A DNA stretch of 63,025 nucleotides, filler included, from Trichomonas gallinae (Eukaryota): assembly GCA_008369845.1 (NCBI GenBank). It is 4 parts of 4 records of this genome, joined end to end, with 100 filler letters (N's around TTAATTAATTAA, not from the genome) between each part and the next. Parts side by side here need not be neighbours in the genome. Positions count along the whole stretch, not along the records: positions 24,224 to 53,047 come from MRSU01000207.1; 3 more parts are not named here. One strand, given 5' to 3'. The notes under the pieces were generated by a model that saw only the letters and a list, made by a program, of their open reading frames with translations, did not search any database and was not told the origin of the DNA. The position numbers were made by a program, and so were the translations under genes. Shown piece after piece: positions 33,379 through 42,736 of the stretch. The stretch's first letter is position 1; each line of letters starts with the position of its first letter.

Positions 33379-33768
33379 TTGATTCTTCCTGACTAACCTT
33401 TATAATTTGTCACTTTTATTATTTTAAAATGCAGCAAAATTGAGATTTATCATAGATATTGGCCAATTTAGAACGTGTAAAAAACATATTTTAGTAGAAT
33501 AAAATTGAGTAATTAAAGAAGTTTCTTATATTAATGATATTTTATCATTTGGTGATATTTGTGAGGTATTTTGATAGTTACATTTATAAATCAAATAATT
33601 CCATATAATATGAACCAAATAATAAAGAATTTGTATAAGATATGAAAGATGAAATTATTTCATGATGATTTTATATATATATTGAAATATTTTCTAGGGC
33701 AGAAATGTATGGTATGGCCTACTAATTTATTATATGACGGAATTTTATTAATATATCATTAAAATTAT

Positions 33769-34524
33769 TTACTCTGGGATAAGTGGTGGTGGTAATCTAT
33801 TAACAATTTCTTGGCGTTGCTCCATGCTGTAAATTTCGAACTTACCAGATGATACGCGAGCGCAAGCGACTTCAACGTTATTTTCATTAAGCTTTTCTTG
33901 AATAACTTGGCGGAGTGTAGAGAGAGCCAAATCCTCGGCCTCCTTGAGTGTCATGCCATCCTTATATGAGTCTCTGAGGAGTGCTTCAGCGCCTTCACTG
34001 CCACCACCGATAGCACGTGCACGGCATTCTGTGTATGTACCACTTGGATCTGTATGGAATAAGTAGCACTTTCCGTTTTCAATACCACCAACTAACAAAG
34101 CAGTACCGAAAGGTCTAGACATCTGTCCATCACCTTTCTTGCGGCGTCCTTCACCGAATGCGAGGGCAAGATCGCAGACACTCTGTGTAACAGCCTGAAC
34201 GCCAATTGGTTCGGCGAAGGAGAAGCGGTGGTTTTGAGCTTCAACTCTCATATGATCAACCATTGTTCTGCCATCAGCTGCAAGACCAGCCATGACAACA
34301 CCAACATGGTCATCAATAGCGTATACTTTTTCGACGGAGCTGGCGATGAGAAGTGGGGATGAAAGGCGCTTTTCGACAGCAAAGATAACACCCTCTGGGC
34401 ACAAAATAGCAATTGCTGAAGATCCGAGCTTGACGGCCTCAATGGCGTACTCTACTTGAAGGAGACGACCATCGGGACTGAATGTGTTGACGTTTCTATC
34501 ATACTCAGAGCCGGAGTTGAACAT
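33769..34524 (-). CDS. PSMA5: 20S proteasome subunit alpha type 5
   Basis: SEYDRNVNTFSPDGRLLQVEYAIEAVKLGS; MSRPFGTALL; RAIGGGSEGA. Confidence 0.97.
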   Translation of the reverse strand: MFNSGSEYDRNVNTFSPDGRLLQVEYAIEAVKLGSSAIAILCPEGVIFAVEKRLSSPLLIASSVEKVYAIDDHVGVVMAGLAADGRTMVDHMRVEAQNHRFSFAEPIGVQAVTQSVCDLALAFGEGRRKKGDGQMSRPFGTALLVGGIENGKCYLFHTDPSGTYTECRARAIGGGSEGAEALLRDSYKDGMTLKEAEDLALSTLRQVIQEKLNENNVEVACARVSSGKFEIYSMEQRQEIVNRLPPPLIPE

Positions 34525-34573
34525 TTTTTTTTTACAAATTTGACAAAAAATTTTAAAATTGTTCGAATGGAAA

Positions 34574-35325
34574 CATCGCTTAAAACCATAAATATAGCTT
34601 CCTTACTCTAAACAATCACGTTTAACATATACAAATTGCTCCAAACTATTATAGAAAAGGACTTTTCATTCGATTTTATAATTTTTACATGTCAAAAAGA
34701 ATTTTTACATGACAAAAAATATCATTCATCATATAATCTATCATATTCTTCATCAATATCGCTTGAAACTCTATATATAGCTCTCTTACTTTTAATAATT
34801 GCATTATCTATTAACAAATCATTCCAAACTATTATAGAAAATGCTTTTTCATATGATTTTTAAAAATTTTACATGCCAAACATTTTTTTTTACATGACAA
34901 ATAATATGATTCATCATAAAAAACATCATAATCTTCATCTATGTCGCTCAAAACTTACGATATAGTATATTTATAGTTCATAACCGCATCTTAATTCAAC
35001 GAAATGCTTCAAACTATGATATCAAAGGAATCTTCAGACAATCTTTTATATTTTACACGTCAAAAAGTATTTTTACACGACAAATTTTATAGTTTGCAAC
35101 TCGTTAGACAGGTTTATTGGATGACTTGCTATGATGATTTTCATTAATCTTACCTAAAACTTTAAATATAGCATATTGATTACATTTGAAATCAATTACT
35201 TCAAAATATTAAAGTAAAGATCTTTTCAAACAACTTTAACATAATTTACATGTCAAACAGAATTTTTACATGGCAAATAATATCAGTCATCATAAAAACT
35301 ATCATAATCTTCATCTACATCGTAA
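34574..35325. repeat. degenerate tandem array, ~185-bp unit, ~4 copies
   Basis: Recurrent TCGCT.AAAC, CAAACTAT and paired TTTACAYGNCAAA at periods of 183-193 bp; last unit overlaps the DnaJ 3' end. Confidence 0.85.
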
Positions 35326-36443
35326 TACTCACCTCCATCTTCATAATCTTCTTCGTATTCAGATTGCTGATCTGGATTAACATATTTTCCAAAATCTTCT
35401 AACTTTGCGTCGCTCATATATGCTTCAGCTGGTTGCTGTATGTTTGGTCGAGGCAAAGCTTTGTCTAATATTGATGCTAACTGGGGACTAATTTGATCTC
35501 TCGTTGGCATCTCTATATGGAATTTGATAAACAAATTTCCTTTCTTATTGGATCCTTTTATTGGGAATCCTTCATTTTCTATCATCACTACTTGTTCAGG
35601 ATTAATTATTTTTCCAATTGTTGAAACTATCAACTTCCTACCTGCCAAGTGCTCTATAACTAGATGTGTTCCACAAAGTGACTGTGAAAGAGTCAGATTT
35701 TTGTGCATTAGTAAATGATTTCCGTATAACTTAAAGTTAGCGTCAGTCTTTTGATGTAATTCGACAATAGATCCAATATCTCTTAGTTTGATAATATCGC
35801 CATCCTTTGATCCCGGTTCTATTTTAACTTGTTTATTTATTATTTTTTCAATTGTTCCCTTTCCGTAGCATTTTTGGCATATATCTTCATCGTCTACAAT
35901 ATAACCTTTACCAAGACAGTGTGAACAGTTCTGTTTCACTTGAAGATTTCCATAAGCGGGATCAACGTAGATGTAATTGACGCCAGATCCTTTACAAAAA
36001 GGACATATTTCCTGTGGAATTCTCGATTGTGTACGATTTCCGCGACAATGTGAACATTGAACAGATAATTTTATCCTCAAAGGCAAAGTGCAGCCATTAT
36101 ATAGATTTTTGAGCGATACATCAAGGTCAAAATGCTGCCACTCATCTAAATCATCCTCTTCTTCTTCCTCTTCGTAAATATAATCATCGATGAATTCTTG
36201 CGCGCGATTTTTGTTTGCAGACATTAATTCTAAGCATACTTCCAAGCCGTACACATCGTACATCCTTCTCAACTGCGGATTTGTTAGAATATTGTATGAT
36301 GTTTGCACCAAAAAATGTTCATCGCTGTCAAATTCGCCCTCATCGAGCTCAATTGACGTGTTTAAGTATGCTTTCTGTATCTCCTCCTTTGTAGCCCTTG
36401 GATCCACGCCTAAAGCGTCATATAAAATCACATCTTTAGGCAT
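35283..36443 (-). CDS. type I DnaJ (Ydj1/DNAJA-like) protein lacking the HPD motif
   Basis: LYDALGV…EIQKAY J-domain, four CxxCxGxG-type zinc-finger repeats, C-terminal substrate domain (IENEGFP…KGNLFIKF); HPD replaced by DEG. Confidence 0.9.
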   Translation of the reverse strand: MPKDVILYDALGVDPRATKEEIQKAYLNTSIELDEGEFDSDEHFLVQTSYNILTNPQLRRMYDVYGLEVCLELMSANKNRAQEFIDDYIYEEEEEEDDLDEWQHFDLDVSLKNLYNGCTLPLRIKLSVQCSHCRGNRTQSRIPQEICPFCKGSGVNYIYVDPAYGNLQVKQNCSHCLGKGYIVDDEDICQKCYGKGTIEKIINKQVKIEPGSKDGDIIKLRDIGSIVELHQKTDANFKLYGNHLLMHKNLTLSQSLCGTHLVIEHLAGRKLIVSTIGKIINPEQVVMIENEGFPIKGSNKKGNLFIKFHIEMPTRDQISPQLASILDKALPRPNIQQPAEAYMSDAKLEDFGKYVNPDQQSEYEEDYEDGGEYYDVDEDYDSFYDD

Positions 36444-36899
36444 CAATTTTTAAACGTTCACTTTTCCAATTCTCATTAAAACTATTTTTACATGAGTATA
36501 GATCTATAACATCTTAAACACAGTCTATTCATTATGCTGTATTCGGGATTAACAGCATTCATTATCAATAATGATTTAATTAATTTTTTTTTTGTCAAAA
36601 CAATAGATTTGTTTCTTCAAAACTTTGTCAGATGATTACTTATAAAATAACTCATATAATATATAACAAGTTCACAAAGATATTCATTAGTTGATGAGAT
36701 AATTTGCAATGATTGACTTTCGAAAAAAAAGTTGATCCACATTATACATCTGAACTTTTCCCAAATCCATTATAAGTATGTCCAATTATTAGATATTTTT
36801 TCACAAATAAGCGGATATTTAATTGTTGCTTAGTTGACTATAAATTGTAGCAAAAATTGAGGGGAAAACTTGACGTGTCATTTGACAGAGATTCGTCAA

Positions 36900-37862
36900 A
36901 TGACACGGTTAATATTAACCTTAACTGTCCTTTTTTAATTTTTAATTCAATGTTTGCATAATTCATGGACAGAAGAATACTATAGTACATTTCCTGTATC
37001 ATCAAGCTTTAAATCAGTTAAATATACGCTTTTCCAAGACACAAACGGTGGCGCAATTGTTCACCAAAATTCCAATCCATCAACCAAGCTAATGGTAGTT
37101 GGATGCCAGTTCCAGTCTATATTTAAGGCAGAAAGATGTGCTGCTGTTTCATTCTCAGGTGAAGGCCAAATAGTACAGAGTAAATTATGTTCATATGGAT
37201 GTTCCGCTAACGACGTAGGTCAGCATTCATATACTAACATTTCCAACAGTATAGGATTCTTTAATTCCATAAATGATTCTGTAATCTCGAATTGTGCTGG
37301 AGGTTTCGGAAAATCTATTATGCTTGTTTATGGAGAAATTACTATTTCAGGAATTAATCAAACGAATTGTGTTGTTCGCCATTCGGGTTATGAAATTATA
37401 GATCCATCAAATCCAAGCACTGTGAGCTATTGCAATTTTGTATCAAATGGAAAAGATGACTATTTGTTAGTCCATAAAGGTGACATTCAACAGAGCGCGC
37501 ATCATCTCAATGTTATTAGCAATACAGTTTACTCAGATGGCTTAATTAGTTCCATGGAGGGCTGTAATCTCACAGTGAGTGATTGCATTATCATTGAAAA
37601 CAAAGTAACAGGAAATGTGTTCAATGTTTATTCAAATTGTTGGATGAAAGTTGTGAATTGCTATGTCAATAATCAGAATAAAGATTATGGAGCAGCAGAT
37701 GTTTCTTCGATGTCAACGAGAAAGTTTAGTATTAATCTTCGGGTTTATAACTTTAATTTTTGTTTCAAATTTTCTGAATCAAGTATATGTCATTCATTTC
37801 CATCGGGATCAAAGACAAATGCATATATTGTTACCACGTATACAGTGATTGTCCAGTTTTAA
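36900..37862 (+). pseudogene. beta-helix-like secreted/surface protein with in-frame TAA in its leader
   Basis: ATG 36900 reads MTRLILTLTVLF*FLIQCLHNSW… in frame with ORF 36954-37862 (NGGAI, CNFVSN turns); TAA at 36936-38; the ORF-track start is TTG. Confidence 0.45.
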
Positions 37863-38130
37863 TCGAAATTTACTTAATATTGGAAGATCTTTAAATATAG
37901 ATTTCAAAAGTTAATTAATGCTTCATCTTTTGTTCAACAAAAAACTCACGAAGTCACGATATTTAATTAAATCTGATATAGTGAATTCATAATTAATTGA
38001 ATCTTACTTGAAATATTTTCATAATCGAAAATATCATATTCCAAAATTTCCGTTTTTAAAGTATAAATTCTACATATATTAGAACTAAATCGAAATATAC
38101 ATGAATAGTATGAAAGAATACAAACAAAAT

Positions 38131-38733
38131 TTATAAAACGAGATCCAAATTAACAGATTTCAGTAAAGATTGTAATGCATCAACAGATGTTTGCTCTTGT
38201 GCACGTCTCTTTTTAACAGGAGTTGGTTTTGGCTTATCTCTTGTAGTTGAAGGAAATACGATTTTCATATTTGGATTTAAGGTTCGTTCTTTGTGCGTTT
38301 TTAGCCAGAAGTCGCGATAATGCGTCGTTTGCGCGTTTCTGATTCCTTTCTCAACAAACAAAATTGTTGTTCCATTTTGAATTCCATAATCATCAAGAGT
38401 TGAGCCAGGTTTTATTATACCATGCGGTGAAACTACATAGTATGGCTCAGTAGATATGTTAATTTTTGATTCTACCATTTTTCGAAAATCTTCAACAGGT
38501 TCGCGATTTTGATAATAAACTTCAAATTCAGGAATACCAGGAAAGAAAACTACAACGATTCCTACTGGTTTGAATGGCTTTTTTCGCCTAACAATCGGAG
38601 GTGGGTTAATTATCAGCTCCAAATGATCATTTTGCGGCTTCTGGATCCCAAACACAGACGGGGAACCAATTAGGCCGCGATGTCTTGTTTGGCTACTGTT
38701 GAAAAATCTTGATCCTGAAAGTTGTATTTGCAT
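38131..38733 (-). CDS. ubiquitin-like domain protein
   Basis: Central UBL (EPVEDFRKMVESKINI…GSTLDDYGIQNGTTILFV) with basic disordered flanks. Confidence 0.75.
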   Translation of the reverse strand: MQIQLSGSRFFNSSQTRHRGLIGSPSVFGIQKPQNDHLELIINPPPIVRRKKPFKPVGIVVVFFPGIPEFEVYYQNREPVEDFRKMVESKINISTEPYYVVSPHGIIKPGSTLDDYGIQNGTTILFVEKGIRNAQTTHYRDFWLKTHKERTLNPNMKIVFPSTTRDKPKPTPVKKRRAQEQTSVDALQSLLKSVNLDLVL

Positions 38734-39069
38734 AATAACGTAAATGTATTTTTGTCATGTAAATATATTTTGACAAGTAAAACTATTTTTGACATGTAAA
38801 TAATAAATTTCTGACTTTGTAAGTTAAAAAGGTGACAAAACATTCCTAATTTAGAATAATTTCGATGATCTTGATGTAAAACTTATTGATAACTCTCATC
38901 CATTCCCATAAAATTGTTAATCATTCAAAAAAAAAAAAAAAAAAATTACCTTCGATCGAAAACACTTCAACATTAAATAACAACAAAAATAAAAAGTATA
39001 ATACGCAAAATGACAAGATATATCAGAAAGAGAAAATGCTTGCATTAAATAAGATTCTATATAACTTTA

Positions 39070-41739
39070 TTATACACGCAAAATTTCATTCTTAATGTTA
39101 ATGATTTGCTTCCTTATAGTTTGATTGTTCACTGCCATATGGTCAAGCAAAGCTATGACTTTCATGAAGTAGCTCGAAGCGTTGAAATAATTGTTGATCT
39201 TCGGCTGAATTCTCTGTCCCGAATTATCAGTCCTAAATTTACTAATAGCACTCAGGATATACTGTACGAAATCTTTGACAGCAAGTGCGTAGTTGTAATC
39301 AACATAATCGAACGGCATGTCTTTGGCTGGCGCGAAAAGTGCCATCATAGTCTTCCTGTTTATTTTATCCAATGGCTCATTGAGTGCATACATAATAATA
39401 AGTCTGGAGTTGAGGTAGAGTACTCCGTCGTATAAATCCCTCATGTTTCTTGCCTGTCTAGGATCAAACAAATTAACATTCAACTCAGAAATCTGTTTTG
39501 CCATAGTTAATAAAACTTCGCCGTAGTAGGCGTAAACGTTGGCGTAATCTGCAGCAGCAACTTGGCCAAGTGCCCTGTAGAGATAGCGCAGTGGCGGCTG
39601 CCCAATGTTGTCAACTGCTATGGCAATAAGTTTTTCTATCACAACAGGAATTTGCTGTGCGTAAACTTGCGGATAGTTCATGAAAACATTTTCGATGAAA
39701 ATGAAAGCGAATTCGCAAGAAGCTGATGGCAAGTAGACTGGCAAGTGTGTAACGATTTCAACAGGAAGTTGTCCAAGCTTCTGCTGAGCGACATCTTCCC
39801 TTGAGTCGATGAGAAAGGCGAGGAGGCCAAGCGCTTTATCGGATATTTCTGTGAAGTGCCACTCATCTTCTGTCATCACACGTGCGAAGTAAGGGAAGAT
39901 TATATCCCAGAATGCGATCATTTGTTCTGTTTCTATTCCAGTGCTGTCGTGGACGAGGACACCGATGACTTCAATAATGTCGGCTGCGATGTGGTCGAAT
40001 CCTTCTGGCGGGACTTGGGACAACACGTCAAAGAATTGTTCAATTAATGAATGCTTGTAATCTCTAAAGCTGAATGGCAGGTTAAGTAGCATCGTGAAGA
40101 AAGCCTTTGAGATGATCTCTAATGTGGGGATATCGTTTGCGTATGCTGTGAGGAAGTAGACGTAGCGCTCAGTGATAGGCTTAACAATGTTTCCGAGCGG
40201 ATTAGATTCTTTGGTCATCTTCGAGTTGTATATTGAGCCAAATGCTGTTAAAATCTGAGCGGAACTGATCTGCATCCATTTATCATCTGAGTTTTGACCT
40301 TGAACAATAATTTCCTGAATTATTTGGCTCTGATCCTTACTGAGAGCAATTGCGCATCTTTTGATTGCTTTTGATAGCAAGTAGCAAGCGATTGTTCTGA
40401 GTCTGGGGATTTCGCAGTTCAAAAATCTCATGATTGCGTTGGAGTTAGATGCATCAATAGCAATAAGGTCATTTAAAACTTCAACGCGGAGCGGAATTAA
40501 TGCGTTTTCATTTGTTGACTGATGAGAAAAAACGTATTTTGTAAATAATGCAGTAAGACCGAGCAGGCCTGCAACGTTTCCCTTCCAATCTTCTCCATCT
40601 CCGATCATTTCGAAGAAAGAATCCTTGAATGCAAATATTATGTTAAAATCTAATTTTGTGAAAACGCTCAGTGTTTTGTACGCGTCGGAAGAGAGCGAGT
40701 TATCATCAACAGAGCGGAATTCTATTTCACCATCATCGTCCGATAAACCGTTAATATGATTGACGACTGGCTCAACAAAATGCTCCAAATATGGTGTAAC
40801 CAGTCGATTTATTCCAGAGTCGGGCTGTCTGAGGCAGTGCTGGATGACTTTCCTGAAGAATTTAAGCGAATACTTGACTGAGTAAGGATTCTTTGATACA
40901 AGATGGCCGCCGATGTATTCGAATAAAGTGTTTCTGAGTTCTTCATTTTCACTAATAGCTTTAATATTAAATATGAAGTAAAATGTTAATGCTTCAAGAC
41001 AATTTTGTATAATATTCGGATTCTCAACTTCCGGAGTAATCATCGAAAAATAACTACTGCAAAGAAGGTGGAATTTTTCGTTGCTTAAGAAACGCCTAGT
41101 CGTACGTGCACGAACTATGGACAATATTAGTTTAAATGCGTCCATAATTAAATTTTCGAAATCGTCTCGATTAGAAACACCTTCAAGAATTGCATTAATA
41201 TGGTCTATAACAATATTTGGATCCTTTAATGCCGAGATAGTTTTAAAATCATGCTCAAAAATGTTTGAAATTGTATGCAATACAGCAATTGTAGTTTTTC
41301 CATCTAAATTTCCGGATATGATTAGCTGTGCTATACTTACAAAGTAATCCGCGCTTTTTTGGTCTAAATCGAAAGAAATAATAATTGAAATTAATGATTG
41401 AATAGTTAAATCTTGATTAAATTGGTCTGAAAGCATCGCTTCAACTAAACCAGCCTTAAGTTGGTCGTGTATGTTATATGTTCGTTGAAATTCCTGCCAT
41501 AATTGTGTTATTTGTAGATTTGTTACGAGTCTACCCCCACTAAGAACAGAATTTAGTTGTGATGCGCATAATGCTGTAATAGTAGGGCTAATGTTTGCGA
41601 GAAATGTTTGTGCGCAGAGAATTAAATACTGAAGTTTATTTTCTTCGCGCATTTGGTGCAAAGCATTGAGAGATTCCTGGCTTGGACCTGCTTGGGAATA
41701 TGCTGATTGTAATAGATTCAAGAATTCAGTTTGTTCCAT
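39070..41739 (-). CDS. importin beta-1-like HEAT repeat protein
   Basis: 889 aa; acidic loop (DDDGEIEFRSVDDNSLSSDAYKTL), DWKGNVAGLLGL, PRLRTIACYLLSK, which resemble KPNB1 HEAT repeats. Confidence 0.75.
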   Translation of the reverse strand: MEQTEFLNLLQSAYSQAGPSQESLNALHQMREENKLQYLILCAQTFLANISPTITALCASQLNSVLSGGRLVTNLQITQLWQEFQRTYNIHDQLKAGLVEAMLSDQFNQDLTIQSLISIIISFDLDQKSADYFVSIAQLIISGNLDGKTTIAVLHTISNIFEHDFKTISALKDPNIVIDHINAILEGVSNRDDFENLIMDAFKLILSIVRARTTRRFLSNEKFHLLCSSYFSMITPEVENPNIIQNCLEALTFYFIFNIKAISENEELRNTLFEYIGGHLVSKNPYSVKYSLKFFRKVIQHCLRQPDSGINRLVTPYLEHFVEPVVNHINGLSDDDGEIEFRSVDDNSLSSDAYKTLSVFTKLDFNIIFAFKDSFFEMIGDGEDWKGNVAGLLGLTALFTKYVFSHQSTNENALIPLRVEVLNDLIAIDASNSNAIMRFLNCEIPRLRTIACYLLSKAIKRCAIALSKDQSQIIQEIIVQGQNSDDKWMQISSAQILTAFGSIYNSKMTKESNPLGNIVKPITERYVYFLTAYANDIPTLEIISKAFFTMLLNLPFSFRDYKHSLIEQFFDVLSQVPPEGFDHIAADIIEVIGVLVHDSTGIETEQMIAFWDIIFPYFARVMTEDEWHFTEISDKALGLLAFLIDSREDVAQQKLGQLPVEIVTHLPVYLPSASCEFAFIFIENVFMNYPQVYAQQIPVVIEKLIAIAVDNIGQPPLRYLYRALGQVAAADYANVYAYYGEVLLTMAKQISELNVNLFDPRQARNMRDLYDGVLYLNSRLIIMYALNEPLDKINRKTMMALFAPAKDMPFDYVDYNYALAVKDFVQYILSAISKFRTDNSGQRIQPKINNYFNASSYFMKVIALLDHMAVNNQTIRKQIINIKNEILRV

Positions 41740-42202
41740 GAAAAATTATGAATCGGCCACAATTGAATTAAGGGGGACAGGTTTGAATGGTTTACATTTT
41801 GATACTTGCTGCCTTGCGTCTCATAGACGAGCGTGAGCTAAAAGCATCGACGAGTAAAAAAAGAACATATATGGTTATAGTAATCATTAATTGCAATATT
41901 ATTATGCATATCTCATTATTTGCAAAATCTAGGATTTTTCGATAGTCACATTAAATCATAAATAACATATAAAATCATGATATATAGTCGATAGTGAGTA
42001 AGATGTGCATTATTAGAAAAATCTATAGTCAAAAAAATAAATGATTTTAAAATTTAGGGTCAAAAATAACGAGGGGCTAAAAAAATAAATGAGGGGATTT
42101 TAAATTTACCAAAAATTTTAACTACGATTATTTTCAATTCAAAATAAACTTTTTTTTTAGAGAAAGCAACTGAGTTCATATTAATAATCATCATAAGTAT
42201 AT

Positions 42203-42552
42203 ATTCACTTTTTCCTATATAAGCTTTAACTAATTTTGTTTATTTATCAAGATATCGCCTATTTTTTGTAATTTCAAGTTTTGCTTATAACATACTAGTT
42301 TGTATATGTGTAGTTTCACTTTTCCTATACAAATATGGGATGGTTATGTTTATTTATCACTATATCGATATTTTTCTCTAAATTCAATGTTTACTTGTAA
42401 TTGTATAATTTGTATATGAATAGTTTCACTTTTTCCATATATTAAAATATGCTGGCTTTGTTTATTTATCAATTTATCATAATATTTCTTTGTTTTCAAG
42501 TTTTGCTTGTAATAGTATAATTTGTAGATATGTATTTTCACTTTTCCCATAT
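42203..42552. repeat. degenerate ~111-bp tandem repeat, three full units plus start of a fourth
   Basis: TTCACTTTT(T)CC recurs near 42204, 42315, 42425 and 42537 with shared TGTTTATTTATCA, TTCAA…CTT and TTTGTA blocks. Confidence 0.85.
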
Positions 42553-42736
42553 TACTTCATAGTTTCTGATTCAATATCAAATTCACTAAGCAAATTTGAA
42601 AAATTAGGCCTATGTTATGTTTAAGTGAAGGGGTAAAAGTCATTGCTGAAAGTATGACTAAATAGATGATTCGATTTAATAAAAAACAAATAATAATATT
42701 TATAGAAAAATAACAAAAATAAAAAATAATATAAAA

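Noticed and set aside
34636..34863. 75-aa ORF
   Set aside because: TTG start within the intergenic tandem array.
42350..42550. 66-aa ORF
   Set aside because: Chance reading of the 111-bp repeat.
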